A stretch of 64,000 bases of DNA, from the NCBI GenBank assembly GCA_050015075.1, contig JBEKCB010000021.1, positions 1 to 64,000 of the forward strand, read 5' to 3'. Positions 27,933-38,507 of the stretch are shown here, piece after piece. A model generated the notes under the pieces. That model was given only the letters and a program-made list of their open reading frames with translations. It did no database searches and was not told the origin of the DNA. Position 1 is the first letter of the stretch. Each line of letters begins with the position of its first letter. A program made the position numbers and the translations under genes. Origin of the DNA: Candidatus Brocadiia bacterium. Lineage in GTDB: Bacteria; Planctomycetota; Brocadiia; CAIUPP01.

Positions 27933-28501
27933 AACATAACTGGTCACTCGTGGTGGTGATCCTCTTCATGCTCGCAGCCGGAGCGGCCGAACGCTTCAGC
28001 GCTTACTACGTCCATAGCCTGGAGGCCAAAGACAAGGCCCTGGTCCGGCAAGCCGACGAGATGAGAATCCGGACCGATGGCGCCGCCGCGGAGACGAAGA
28101 AGTATCAGGAGATCGAACGTCTCGCCGTCCGCGTCCAGGACCAGATCCGCTGGGAGCCGGACAGCACCCGCGTCATGCGGTCGTTCGGCGACATCGCTGC
28201 GGGATTGGGCGTGAAGCTCGTCGAGACCCGCACTGTCGCGGTCAGTTCGGAGAACAAGCTTGTGGCCGGAGGCGCCTACCAGAGGATGCGCATTGAGTCG
28301 CGCCTCGTGGGTTCGTTCTGGAGCCTGGTTCAATTTGTGGACAGCATCGAGCGCAGTGCGCAGCCGATGGTGGTCGAGAACCTCGGCATGACGGCCGACC
28401 GCGACAAGGTCGGCACCGGCGAACTGCGCATGACCGTTTCCGCGCTTTATCCTGCCGAGCCTTCGCCGGGATCGGGCGCAACCACAGGGGATGTCAAATG
28501 A
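27929..28501 (+). CDS. PilO-like protein
   Basis: TM plus coiled coil and GSFWSLVQFVDSIE motif; gene order. Confidence 0.65.
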   Translation: MKHNWSLVVVILFMLAAGAAERFSAYYVHSLEAKDKALVRQADEMRIRTDGAAAETKKYQEIERLAVRVQDQIRWEPDSTRVMRSFGDIAAGLGVKLVETRTVAVSSENKLVAGGAYQRMRIESRLVGSFWSLVQFVDSIERSAQPMVVENLGMTADRDKVGTGELRMTVSALYPAEPSPGSGATTGDVK

Positions 28502-29052
28502 GCCAGCGGAACAAACTCATTCTCCTGGGCGCGCTCGTGCTCCTCCTGGGGCTCATGGCTTACGTCCAGTTGGGGCGGTCGAAAGAGCCGGCGCCGCGCA
28601 ACGAGAGTGCTCCGCCCTCGCCGGCGACGGCGTCCGCGCCCGCGACCGCGACCGCCGGCGCCGCAGCCACAACGGCCGACTCGCCCCAGGATGCAGGGCC
28701 GTCCGCGGCCGACCTCCGGGATCTGGCCGGCTGGTTCGACGTCCTTGGCCCTACCGGCGCCAACGTCGCAAGAGGCAGCTCGCCGGCCTTCGGCATAGCC
28801 ATGGCGGCGCCGCAGCCCGCGGCCGAGGCGACCCCGCAAAATCCCGCGCAGATACCCTGGGCGACGGAGCCGGGCAAGCTCGATGGGATTGTCAAGGTCG
28901 GCGCCGGCCCCGGCAAGGCGGTTTTCCAGGGCGAATTCTACCAGGTCGGCGATAGAGTCCGTGGAACGAGTTTCATCATCGTCGCCGTGGACGATGATTT
29001 CGTGACTCTCAAGAGTGGCGACCATGTGATCTGGCGCTTTTGGCATGACTGA
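28498..29052 (+). CDS. PilP/GspC-like protein
   Basis: TM, Ala/Pro linker, LDGIV...YQVGDRV beta domain; precedes the secretin. Confidence 0.55.
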   Translation: MSQRNKLILLGALVLLLGLMAYVQLGRSKEPAPRNESAPPSPATASAPATATAGAAATTADSPQDAGPSAADLRDLAGWFDVLGPTGANVARGSSPAFGIAMAAPQPAAEATPQNPAQIPWATEPGKLDGIVKVGAGPGKAVFQGEFYQVGDRVRGTSFIIVAVDDDFVTLKSGDHVIWRFWHD

Positions 29053-30784
29053 AAGGAACCCCATGCGGTATGCACACGACTCAATGAAACACAGTCATCG
29101 CAGTGGCGGCAACCTGCCGTCCGGCCTCTGCACGGCGACCTGCCTGTTCCTGCTGGCGTTCTGCGCCGGAGTCTGCGGCGCCCAGCAGGAACCTCCCAAG
29201 CCGACGGACACCAGTTCCGCCCAGGCCGCCCCGATACCGGAAGCGCCTAAGCCGGCGGACAACAGTCTCGCCCAGGCCAGCCCGAAACCGGAAGCGCCCA
29301 AGCCGGCGGATACCGGGTTCGCCCAGACCAGCCCGGGCCAGGGCAAGGGCCTGGATACCGTCGTCAGCGTGCGCGTCAGCGAAATGGAACTGCCACAGGC
29401 GCTGCGTCTGCTGCACGACGCCTCCGGCATCAACTTCGCCATGGGCAGCGATGTGAAGGGCAAGGTGACGTGCAGCATCAAAGACAAGACCGCGCGCACC
29501 GTTTTGAACGCCTTCCTGGAGCCGAACGGTTATGATTACGTGGAGAAGGACGGCGTGCTGATCATCCAGGCAGCCAGCAAGAGTCCCAAGCCCGAAGGTC
29601 CCCCCTCCGGCATGCAGCAGGGCAAGATCGTCCGCCGCTCGTTCACCATTCCATACCTGGGCAGCGAGATCCTCACTGATGTCGTGGGCGGCGTCGAGAG
29701 TGGCGGCGGCGGCGGCAACACGGTGGCGCAGCCCGTCGCATCCAAGGCCATGGACCAGGTCATCCGCGAGATGCTCTCGCCGGCCGGGAAGATGGTGTTC
29801 TACGACCGCGAGCATCTCATCATCATTGAAGACTACGAGCAGATCATCCAGAACGTCGCCGACCTGGTCGAGCAACTCTGGGCCGTGCCGGCGCAGGTCT
29901 ACATTGACTCCAAGCTGCTCGAAGTGGACCTCAACGACGACAGCGCCATGGGCCTGCAGTGGCAGGTGGCGCAGGCGCCCGCCAACCGCACGAACTTCCC
30001 GCCCACCACGAGCGCGACCATCGTCCCGAATCCCCTCCTGGCCGGGAATCCGGGCACGGCGCTGGCCGGATACACGCCGACCGTGCCGACGTTCTCGGGG
30101 CAGAATGGGAACGGGTTCATTTTCGGCATCTCGAACCAGCACGTGGATGTTTTCCTGACCGCGCTCGCCGCGCGCAGTCGCGTGGATACGCGCAGCAACC
30201 CGCGCCTGCTGGTGGTGAACCATCGCAAGGCCACCATCGTCGCCGGCGAGGAAGTGCCGTACCTGACCAGCATTCAGAGCACCGGCGCGGAGCCGATCCA
30301 GACCTACTCGTTCAAGGAGGTCGCGGTGCATCTCGAGGTCACGCCGCACGCGTCGGAAGACGGCATGATCTTCATGGACGTCCACCCGACCGTGAAAAAC
30401 GTGATCGGCTTCACCGGATCGCCGGCCCAGCCGGTCCTGAGCGTCCGCGAGGCCTCGACCAGCGTCGTCATGCCGGACGCGACCACGCTGATCATCGGCG
30501 GCCTGCTGAAACGGGACATCAACAAGTCGTGGCAGGAAGTGCCGTTCCTCGCGCGGATTCCGCTCATCGGCTGGCTCTTCCAGCAGAAGGCCGCCTCCGA
30601 CGAGAAAGACGATCTGATTTTCCTGGTCAACCCGCGCATCGTAACGCCGAAGTTGATGAAGGAACTGGCCAAGCAGAACAATGCGGCGAGGCTGCACGAC
30701 GACATGGATTTCAGGAAGAGCCCCCGTAACGCCGAACCGCCTGAACACTCAGGCGAATCTCCGGCGGACAAGTCGAAGTGGTAA
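29045..30784 (+). CDS. Secretin (PilQ/GspD family)
   Basis: QVYIDSKLLEV, NPRLLVVNH..ATIVAGEEVPY, LEVTPH, VPFLARIPLIGWLF. Confidence 0.92.
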   Translation: MTERNPMRYAHDSMKHSHRSGGNLPSGLCTATCLFLLAFCAGVCGAQQEPPKPTDTSSAQAAPIPEAPKPADNSLAQASPKPEAPKPADTGFAQTSPGQGKGLDTVVSVRVSEMELPQALRLLHDASGINFAMGSDVKGKVTCSIKDKTARTVLNAFLEPNGYDYVEKDGVLIIQAASKSPKPEGPPSGMQQGKIVRRSFTIPYLGSEILTDVVGGVESGGGGGNTVAQPVASKAMDQVIREMLSPAGKMVFYDREHLIIIEDYEQIIQNVADLVEQLWAVPAQVYIDSKLLEVDLNDDSAMGLQWQVAQAPANRTNFPPTTSATIVPNPLLAGNPGTALAGYTPTVPTFSGQNGNGFIFGISNQHVDVFLTALAARSRVDTRSNPRLLVVNHRKATIVAGEEVPYLTSIQSTGAEPIQTYSFKEVAVHLEVTPHASEDGMIFMDVHPTVKNVIGFTGSPAQPVLSVREASTSVVMPDATTLIIGGLLKRDINKSWQEVPFLARIPLIGWLFQQKAASDEKDDLIFLVNPRIVTPKLMKELAKQNNAARLHDDMDFRKSPRNAEPPEHSGESPADKSKW

Positions 30785-30863
30785 GAGAGAGGGATGAAGC
30801 GCGGGCGATGATGACGGCTGAAGCCTTTCATCAGCCGTCCGCCGGCTTCTGACTTAGACAACT

Positions 30864-32111
30864 ATGCCCACTTTTACGTTTGCAGCCGTGGACGAGGCCG
30901 GGAAGTCGATCTCCGGCGTGCGCGCGGCCGCCACGCGGCAAGAGGTCATCAGCCGCCTGCGCGCGGAGAACTTCGTCGTGACCTCCGTCGCCGAAGAGAG
31001 CGCCGCCGGCGCCTCCGACGCGAAGAGCCCCGGCCGAGTCGCCGCCGCTTTCGAGTCGGTCTTCGGCAACAAGGTCAAGCAGGCCGACCTGATGATCTTC
31101 TCGCGGCAGTTCGCGGCCATGCTCAAGGCGGGCATCTCGCTGACCGATGCGCTGCACACCATCTCGCACAGCGTCAACAATCCGTTGCTGCGCCAGACGC
31201 TGCAGACGGTGCGCACGGACGTGCAGCGCGGGCAGTCGCTCACCGAGGCGATGCGCCGGCATCGGCGCGCGTTCGACCCGCTCTTCCTGAGCATCGTGCA
31301 CGCCGGCGAGACGAGCGGTTCGCTCGCCCAGAACGTGACGCGCCTCTCGCTGTACCTTCAGCGCCGCGAAGGGTTCCGCCTGAAGCTGCGCGCGGCCACC
31401 GCTTACCCGAAGTTCGTCGTGGTCTTCTTCTCGCTGCTGACCGGCGGCATCTTCCTCTTCCTCATTCCGAAGTTCAACGACCTCTTCAAGTCGTTCGGCG
31501 CGAAACTGCCGAAGCTGACCGCCACGGTCATGAACATGAGCCTCTTCATGAAGCATTACTTCCTGATCATCCTGCCGGTCCTCATCGTGCTGATCGTCAC
31601 GCTGCTGGTGCTGCGGCGCACGCCCAAGGGCGGCGCGCTGGTGGACCGCTACGTCCTGAAGATCCCCTTCTTCGGTCCGCTGTTCCTTCATGCGGCGGTG
31701 GCGCGCCTGGCGATGACGCTGAGCACCCTGCTCTCGAACGGCCTGCCGCTGACCGACGCGCTGGAGATCGCCACCGGGACGATGGGCAATGCGGTGCTCG
31801 AAGAGGGCTGCCAGCGCGCGCGTAAAGATGTGATGAGCGGTTCGAGCCTGGCGGAAAGCCTCAGCCGCGTCGAGGAACTCCCGCGCCTGCTGCCGCGCAT
31901 GGTGCGCGTGGGCGAGGAGGCCGGCACGCTGAGCAGCATGCTCGAGGACGTGGCAAGCTACTACGACCAGGAAGTGGATTACGCGCTCGGGCGCATCGCC
32001 GTGGTGATCGAGCCGGTGCTGATCTGCGGCATGGGCGCGGTGGTGCTCGTGGTGGTCATAGCGGTTTACCTGCCGATCTTCAGCATCGGACAGATGATGG
32101 GCGGCCATTGA
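30864..32111 (+). CDS. pilC: Inner-membrane platform protein PilC (GspF family)
   Basis: FSRQFAAMLKAGI, AGETSG, YP, VGEEAG, IEP motifs. Confidence 0.92.
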   Translation: MPTFTFAAVDEAGKSISGVRAAATRQEVISRLRAENFVVTSVAEESAAGASDAKSPGRVAAAFESVFGNKVKQADLMIFSRQFAAMLKAGISLTDALHTISHSVNNPLLRQTLQTVRTDVQRGQSLTEAMRRHRRAFDPLFLSIVHAGETSGSLAQNVTRLSLYLQRREGFRLKLRAATAYPKFVVVFFSLLTGGIFLFLIPKFNDLFKSFGAKLPKLTATVMNMSLFMKHYFLIILPVLIVLIVTLLVLRRTPKGGALVDRYVLKIPFFGPLFLHAAVARLAMTLSTLLSNGLPLTDALEIATGTMGNAVLEEGCQRARKDVMSGSSLAESLSRVEELPRLLPRMVRVGEEAGTLSSMLEDVASYYDQEVDYALGRIAVVIEPVLICGMGAVVLVVVIAVYLPIFSIGQMMGGH

Positions 32112-32145
32112 CGAATGGCCACGACGGCCGTATTCGGTCATCGGC

Positions 32146-34038
32146 ATGACAGGGAGGTCGTTCGCCGTGGCTGCTTCTTCCGCACCGAATAAGACGGCGT
32201 TCAACAAGCCCCGTCCGGCGAGCACGCCGGCCGAGGACGTCCCGCCCGATACAGTCCCCGAAAAAGACGCGGGCGTCGCCGCGCCCGCTGAGGCGGCCGG
32301 CGATTCCGAGTCGGGGACGAACGGCACCACGCCCGGCCGGCGCATCGGCGACATCCTCGTGGACCTGGGCTACGCCACGACGACGCAGATTGACCAGGCG
32401 ATCGAAAGCAAGGAAGACGCCTACGCCCGGCTGGGCCAGCGGCTGCTTCGCAAAGGGGTGATCAACGAAGCGCAGCTCGCCTACGCGATGAGCGTGCGGC
32501 TGGGAATCACCTTCACCGAACTGACCGAGCCTTCCGAGACGCAGGCGGCGGCGATTGCGGCGGTGCCGGACCGCATTGCGCGCCGGTACTCGCTGATTCC
32601 CCTGCGCATCGAGGGCAACGTCCTCGTCGTCGCCATGAGCAGCCCGGGCAACGTCTACGCGCTCGACGTGGTCCGCGCGGTGACCGGCTACGAAGTGAAG
32701 CCGGTGGCCGCGCCCGAACACGCCATCCGCCAGGCGCTCGGGCGCTGCTACGGGATCCGTTCCGACCTGCAGAGCAGCGCTTCCGAGCTGGCCACCACCC
32801 GGACCGAACAGGAGATCGCCCTCAGCGCCGATGAGTCCGTCACGGACACCGAGCAACTGGTCAACGCGGCCGAGGACGCGCCGGTGGTCAAATACGTGGA
32901 CTCGCTGATCAACGACTCCATCGCCGGGCGCGCCAGCGATATCCATATCGAGCCCGGCCGCAACGCGGTCTCCGTCCGCGTGCGCGTGGACGGCCGCCTG
33001 CGCCAGACGATCCCGCCGCCCAAGCAGATGCAGAACGCCGTGATCTCGCGCATCAAGATCCTCTCGCGGCTGGACATCGCGGAGAAACGGCTGCCGCTCG
33101 ACGGCCGCATGCGCGCAAAGTTCCAGGGGCGCGAGGTGGACCTGCGCGTTTCCACGCTGCCCTCGATCTACGGCGAGAAGGTCGTGCTGCGAATCCTCGA
33201 CCGGGCTTCGGTGCAGCTCGACCTGAACAAGATCATCACCGACGCGAACTTCCTGGCGCACCTGCAGAAGATCCTCGCCCGGCAGAACGGCATGATCCTC
33301 GTCACCGGCCCGACCGGCAGCGGCAAGACCACCACGCTCTACGCGAGCCTTCAATACGTCAAGAACGTCACCAAGAACGTCATCTCCGTCGAAGACCCGA
33401 TCGAGTACGAAGTCGAGGGCGTCACGCAGGTGCACGCGCGGCCGGAGATCGGGCTGACCTTCGCGCGCGCGCTGCGGTCCATCCTGCGGCAGGACCCGGA
33501 CATCATCATGGTCGGCGAGATGCGCGACCTCGACACGCTCGAGATCGGCATCCGCTCCGCGCTCACCGGGCACCTGGTCCTGAGCACGATCCATACCAAC
33601 GACTCCGTCTCCACCGTCACGCGTATGGTCAACATGGGCACCGAGCCGTACCTGATCGCCTCGACGCTGATCACGGCCGTCGCGCAACGGCTCGTGCGCT
33701 CGATTTGCCCGCATTGCAAGGAAGAGTACGACCTGTCCGACCCGGTGCGGGCGCGCATGCACGAGATCCTCAAGCAGGACATTCCGAAGCGGCTCTGGCG
33801 CGGCGCCGGCTGCGCCACCTGCTCCGGGACCGGCTATCGCGGGCGCGCCGCCGTCTTCGAGTATTTCCACCTCGATGATGAGGCGAAAGAACTCGTGACG
33901 CGCCGCGCGTCGGAAACCGAACTGCGCGCCTGCCAGAGAAAGCACTCCTCCGGCAGCCTGCTCGAGAACGCCTTGCGCAAGGCCATCGCGGGAATTACCA
34001 CTTTGGAAGACGCCTTCGAATTGGAGATGTCCATCTGA
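32146..34038 (+). CDS. pilB: Assembly ATPase PilB (GspE family)
   Basis: RRIGDILVDLG (MshEN-like), ASDIHIEP, GPTGSGKTT, LRQDPD, CxxC...CxxC. Confidence 0.93.
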   Translation: MTGRSFAVAASSAPNKTAFNKPRPASTPAEDVPPDTVPEKDAGVAAPAEAAGDSESGTNGTTPGRRIGDILVDLGYATTTQIDQAIESKEDAYARLGQRLLRKGVINEAQLAYAMSVRLGITFTELTEPSETQAAAIAAVPDRIARRYSLIPLRIEGNVLVVAMSSPGNVYALDVVRAVTGYEVKPVAAPEHAIRQALGRCYGIRSDLQSSASELATTRTEQEIALSADESVTDTEQLVNAAEDAPVVKYVDSLINDSIAGRASDIHIEPGRNAVSVRVRVDGRLRQTIPPPKQMQNAVISRIKILSRLDIAEKRLPLDGRMRAKFQGREVDLRVSTLPSIYGEKVVLRILDRASVQLDLNKIITDANFLAHLQKILARQNGMILVTGPTGSGKTTTLYASLQYVKNVTKNVISVEDPIEYEVEGVTQVHARPEIGLTFARALRSILRQDPDIIMVGEMRDLDTLEIGIRSALTGHLVLSTIHTNDSVSTVTRMVNMGTEPYLIASTLITAVAQRLVRSICPHCKEEYDLSDPVRARMHEILKQDIPKRLWRGAGCATCSGTGYRGRAAVFEYFHLDDEAKELVTRRASETELRACQRKHSSGSLLENALRKAIAGITTLEDAFELEMSI

Positions 34039-34084
34039 GAAAGCGGCCACGACCAATTTCCGAATCCAGACAACGGGCTAAGCC

Positions 34085-35182
34085 ATGGTGAAAGACGACT
34101 CAACGAACGCGGCGATTAACATTGCCGCGGTGATGAAGAAGGCGCTGGACACGACGGCGTCGGACATCCACCTCATGCCCGGCCGGCCGCCGATGCTGCG
34201 GATCAACGGCCAGCTCGCCCCGATGGCGGAGGCCCCGACCTTGACGGCGGAGGATACGCAGATGCTCGCCCGGGAGCTGGTCAACGACGAGCAGTGGGCC
34301 AAGTTCGAGAAGACGCGCGAACTCGACCTCTCCTCCAGCCACGCCGGGCTGGGCCGATTCCGGGTGAACCTCTACTGGCAGCGCGGCTCCGTGGCGATCG
34401 CCCTGCGCCTGATCCCGCACGAGATCCCGCGGTTCGAGCAACTCGGCGTGCCCCTCATCCTCCAGAAATTCGCCATGTACGATCACGGCCTCGTCCTCGT
34501 CACCGGGCCGACCGGCAGCGGAAAGTCCACCACCCTCGCGGCCATGCTCGACCACATCAACGAGAACAGGACCTGCCACATCGTCACCATCGAGGACCCC
34601 ATCGAGCACCTGCACCGGCACAAGCAGTCCATCGTCAACCAGCGCGAAATGCACGACGATACGCTCTCCTTCCACGAGGCGCTGCGCCACGTCCTGCGCC
34701 AGGATCCCAACGTGATCCTCATCGGCGAAATGCGCGACCTCGAGACCATCCAGACCGCCCTGACCCTCGCGGAGACCGGCCACCTGGTCCTCGCCACGCT
34801 GCACACCGGCGACGCTCCGCAGGCGTTGAGCCGCATCATTGACGCCTATCCGCCGCACCAGCAGACCCAGGCCCGCACGCAGCTCTCGCTCGTCCTGATC
34901 TGCATCATGGTCCAGCACCTGCTCCGCAAGAAAGACGGCAGCGGCCGAGTGCTGGCCTTCGAGCTGATGGTCGCTACGCAGGCGGTGGCGCACCTCATCC
35001 GCTCCGGCGAGGTCCAGCAGATCTACTCGAGCATGCAGAGCGGCATTGCCGAAGGCATGAGCACGCTCAATGCCTCGCTCATGAGACTCTACCGCGAGAA
35101 CCAGATCACGCGCGAAGACATGATCCACATGTCCACGCGCCCGAAAGAGATCCTCGAGTTGCTCGGAAAAGGCCAGCTATAA
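34085..35182 (+). CDS. pilT: Retraction ATPase PilT
   Basis: RFRVNLY, GPTGSGKSTT, TIEDPIE, LRQDP, AETGHLV, LIR motif. Confidence 0.93.
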   Translation: MVKDDSTNAAINIAAVMKKALDTTASDIHLMPGRPPMLRINGQLAPMAEAPTLTAEDTQMLARELVNDEQWAKFEKTRELDLSSSHAGLGRFRVNLYWQRGSVAIALRLIPHEIPRFEQLGVPLILQKFAMYDHGLVLVTGPTGSGKSTTLAAMLDHINENRTCHIVTIEDPIEHLHRHKQSIVNQREMHDDTLSFHEALRHVLRQDPNVILIGEMRDLETIQTALTLAETGHLVLATLHTGDAPQALSRIIDAYPPHQQTQARTQLSLVLICIMVQHLLRKKDGSGRVLAFELMVATQAVAHLIRSGEVQQIYSSMQSGIAEGMSTLNASLMRLYRENQITREDMIHMSTRPKEILELLGKGQL

Positions 35183-35238
35183 GCCGGCCGGCGTCGGGGG
35201 AAACGCAATGCGGCGGAGAGGCGCTGGGGCGAGGCGAA

Positions 35239-36108
35239 TCACGGCGTTTCGGCCCGGATATCCAGGCCGCCCACCAGCACGATGCAGTCTTCGTTCTGTT
35301 CGGAGTTGAGCAGCAGGACCAGCTTGGCGTACTTCGTGCCCTGCCACCAGTGCGCATTGCCGGCGCCCGCCGTGGACAGGCCCGCGACGGTGCCGCTGTA
35401 TTGCGTCCACTCCGCCGGCACTGATTGCGCGGCGGCCGCGCAGTACAGGTAAGCCGGGCCGGCGGAATGCTCCCGGACCTTCGTCCCGGCCGGATAGGCG
35501 CGCCCGCAGGGCTCGTTCAGCCGGACTTCCCAATATCCTTCCTTCTCCTCGATCTTGAGGATCCCGAAGCCGCTCAGGTTCCGGTTCGGCAGGTCGGCGT
35601 ACTTGCCGGAGTCGTCCACGTCGAACGCAATGCAGGCGTGGGGGTCCTCTTTCCACTTGAACGCGTGCGCGACCTTGATGAGCGTATCTTCCTTCTTGCA
35701 GTCTTCGTGGAGGACCGTCTCGGTGGCGCCGAGGACGCCGACCTGCTCGGGCGCGATCAGCCGCTTGTCCGCGTCGAAGCACATGTAGCCGAAGTAGAGG
35801 CTGCTCGGGTCCTTCCCGACCGATCTGAACCAGCCCGTGAGCGTGTATCGCTTGACCGGATCAATGGTGATCCATTCGCTGCCCTTGATGGTCGTCGGAC
35901 CCTTGCAGGGAAAACACAACTTGTCCAGCAACGGGTTCGCGGAAGCCGCCTGCGGCGAGGCGCTCGACGCCCCGCTCGGATCGCTCTTGCTCGTCGCCGC
36001 GAACGCGCGGTCCGCGTCCAGACCGAAGCGCGCCGCCGCCATGAAAATCAGCAGCATGGCCGCCGTCGCAATCCAACGCAGTTTGACTGCTTTCCGATGA
36101 TCGCTCAT
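35239..36108 (-). CDS. Exported hypothetical protein (possible carbohydrate-binding fold)
   Basis: Signal-like N-terminus, Trp/Tyr-rich beta character, host-like codon use. Confidence 0.6.
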   Translation of the reverse strand: MSDHRKAVKLRWIATAAMLLIFMAAARFGLDADRAFAATSKSDPSGASSASPQAASANPLLDKLCFPCKGPTTIKGSEWITIDPVKRYTLTGWFRSVGKDPSSLYFGYMCFDADKRLIAPEQVGVLGATETVLHEDCKKEDTLIKVAHAFKWKEDPHACIAFDVDDSGKYADLPNRNLSGFGILKIEEKEGYWEVRLNEPCGRAYPAGTKVREHSAGPAYLYCAAAAQSVPAEWTQYSGTVAGLSTAGAGNAHWWQGTKYAKLVLLLNSEQNEDCIVLVGGLDIRAETP

Positions 36109-36209
36109 GTGGTTCCTCTCTGCCGGCCCAGCGGCCCCCTTGCGGCGCATTATACTCCCACGGCGCCGATTTCGCCAGAGGCGCGCCGGGGACCCGGCCC
36201 CGTGTAATC

Positions 36210-37217
36210 CTATACGAGCGGCCGGCTGGTGATCAGGCCAATGCCTCTGCCCTTGTTCCCCACCGCATTGTAGAACATGTAGTACGTGCCGTTCTCAGGA
36301 TTCCAGACCAGAGAGACCTTGTGCGCATATTGATCGTCCAGGCCGGATGGGTTGCCGCCGCTCTTGTAGATCGGGTCGGGATCAACGGTCCAGTCGCACA
36401 GGTCGCGCGAGAAGGCGGTCATGATGTGCGCGCCGCCGCGGCCCACGCCGAAAAAGAACATGACCCAGTGGTCCTTGTCCCGGAAAACCTTCCCATCGGA
36501 ACAGAAGGTCTGGTTGTAACTGCCCGCCGGGCCGCTGCGTATCACCGGATTGCGCGCGAAACGTTTCCAATGGATCAGATCTTCCGAAAGAGCCAGTCCC
36601 ATTTGTTCGATTTCCCCGGCGGCGGCGTTGTAGAAATTGTGGTACTTCCCGCCATGCTCCAAAAGCCATGGCTGGTAAATGCAGTCTTTTTCCCACGCGC
36701 CGCAGTCCGGCTGATGCACGGAAAGGATGGGCTCGTCCTTCGCCCGCTGCCAGGTCAAGCCGTCTTCGCTGGATGCGACTCCTTCATAACCCGGCCGCAA
36801 CTCGTATCCGCCCTGGCGAGGATAGGCTCCGTAAAGCGACCAGTATTTGCCTTCATGTTTTTTCAGAATCCTCCGGGCCTTGATGTCGTAGTCGTCATAA
36901 AGGAAGGCCCCCAGAACAACGCCGCCGTGATCGAAGGAGCCTTCCGGTCCGTAACCCATGGCCAGGCGCATGTTGGACCAGTTCACAAGATCGTCGCTTT
37001 CGGCTGCAAATGACTGATAGCCGTTGCCGTCGAAACCGATGAAGGTCATGCGCCATTTTTTGCTGTCCGGCAGTTGGAAGACGGTGGGCACGTCGGTCGC
37101 GAGAACATTCTCGAAACCCTTGATGTCCGGTTTCGCGGGGATGACGTGCTCAGGATAGTAATGCCAGTTACGGTATGGCGCCGACCACTGCTTCACGCTG
37201 TCCGCGTCAATCGCCAT
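36210..37217 (-). CDS. Five-bladed beta-propeller glycoside hydrolase-like protein
   Basis: Repeated SDDLVNW / SEDGLTW / SEDLIHW / SRDLCDW blades. Confidence 0.75.
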   Translation of the reverse strand: MAIDADSVKQWSAPYRNWHYYPEHVIPAKPDIKGFENVLATDVPTVFQLPDSKKWRMTFIGFDGNGYQSFAAESDDLVNWSNMRLAMGYGPEGSFDHGGVVLGAFLYDDYDIKARRILKKHEGKYWSLYGAYPRQGGYELRPGYEGVASSEDGLTWQRAKDEPILSVHQPDCGAWEKDCIYQPWLLEHGGKYHNFYNAAAGEIEQMGLALSEDLIHWKRFARNPVIRSGPAGSYNQTFCSDGKVFRDKDHWVMFFFGVGRGGAHIMTAFSRDLCDWTVDPDPIYKSGGNPSGLDDQYAHKVSLVWNPENGTYYMFYNAVGNKGRGIGLITSRPLV

Positions 37218-38496
37218 GGCGGCAGACATCCAGAAACTGCTGGTTGAGCCGAAGCGCGAAGTCGTCCATTCGGAAGTCCCGCAAGGCGCGTTCGCGCGCC
37301 GCGTCGCTCATCGCGCGCCACCGCTCGGGCGGATTGATGATGCTCTTCACCGCCTGCGCGATCGCCCGCGGGTCCAGGAGCCTGGGCTGCTGAAGGGCGT
37401 CCTTGACCGGATCGTATACCCACGCAGGACACTGCTCCGGCGAGCCGCCGAACTGCGGATAGTCTGAAATGGGCAGAGTGGGCTGGATGCACAACCCGGT
37501 CCTCTCGTGTTGCACCACTTCGGGCAGACCATCCACCGCCGCCGCCACGACCGGGCAGCCGGCGTAGGCGGCCTCGATCGCCACGTTTCCAAACGGCTCG
37601 CGGATGGACGGGCAAAGGAACACGTCAATCTCGCGATAGAACGCGGCGGGATTAGCGAACGAGCCCAGGAAACGGATATGGTCTTCCAGCGAAAGCTTCC
37701 TGGCCAACTCTTTCAAAGCCGCCTCATCGCGACCTTGTCCCGCCACGTGCAAGTCGCAAGCGATACCGTCGCGCAGGAGATGGGCCAACGCGTGGAACGC
37801 CAGCGGAAATCCCTTGAACGCAACCATGCGCCCGATGATGCCGAGCCGCAGCGGCGTGCGCGTACCTCTGCGGTGCTCCTCGAAGCCGCCCTCCGCCAGG
37901 TCGCTGCGGACCGGGTTGAGAAGGACGACGTTCTTCTTGCTCTCCGCTTTCCAGCGCAGTTCCAGCATGCGCCGGCTGGCGTAGGAGTTGCCGATCACCC
38001 TCGTCATCTTCCCAAGGAACCGCCCCACGTCCGCTTCGGGAGGGTTCCCCCAGGCGGCGCCCAGCTCGATGTAAACCGCCGGCGCGCGGGCCGCCGCATC
38101 GGCCAGATCCATCTCGCCCAGAGCGTTCCAGATGACCACCACGTCCGGCCTGACGGCGGATATCTCCCTGAAGATGTGCCGCCGCCGCAAGTCGCCCAGC
38201 GAGGGGACCTTGATGCCGCGCCAATAGTTGGCGTAACGGATGGATTTCGATTGCGACTCAAGCTTCGCGCGCCAGAACCGGTGGCAGCGCCCGTGCGTCA
38301 CCAGGACGTGCTGCTCCGCGCCGGCAGGGTCCGACCGGGTGAGGTAGTCCACGAAAATGCTCTCCACCCCGCCGACGCCGTTGATCGCCAGCACATGAAG
38401 CACTCGGGGTTTTTGCATGAATGCGGTCAACTCCAGTTCGCGCGCCTGGGCCGGGTCCGCACGCCACAGAATCGTCCGGGCCTGGCGCTCCATCAA
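37207..38496 (-). CDS. Glycosyltransferase family 4
   Basis: GGVE, GRMVAFKG, PSIREPFGNVAIEAAYAGCPVV. Confidence 0.9.
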   Translation of the reverse strand: MMERQARTILWRADPAQARELELTAFMQKPRVLHVLAINGVGGVESIFVDYLTRSDPAGAEQHVLVTHGRCHRFWRAKLESQSKSIRYANYWRGIKVPSLGDLRRRHIFREISAVRPDVVVIWNALGEMDLADAAARAPAVYIELGAAWGNPPEADVGRFLGKMTRVIGNSYASRRMLELRWKAESKKNVVLLNPVRSDLAEGGFEEHRRGTRTPLRLGIIGRMVAFKGFPLAFHALAHLLRDGIACDLHVAGQGRDEAALKELARKLSLEDHIRFLGSFANPAAFYREIDVFLCPSIREPFGNVAIEAAYAGCPVVAAAVDGLPEVVQHERTGLCIQPTLPISDYPQFGGSPEQCPAWVYDPVKDALQQPRLLDPRAIAQAVKSIINPPERWRAMSDAARERALRDFRMDDFALRLNQQFLDVCRHGD

Positions 38497-38507
38497 CGGA
38501 TCCCCGG

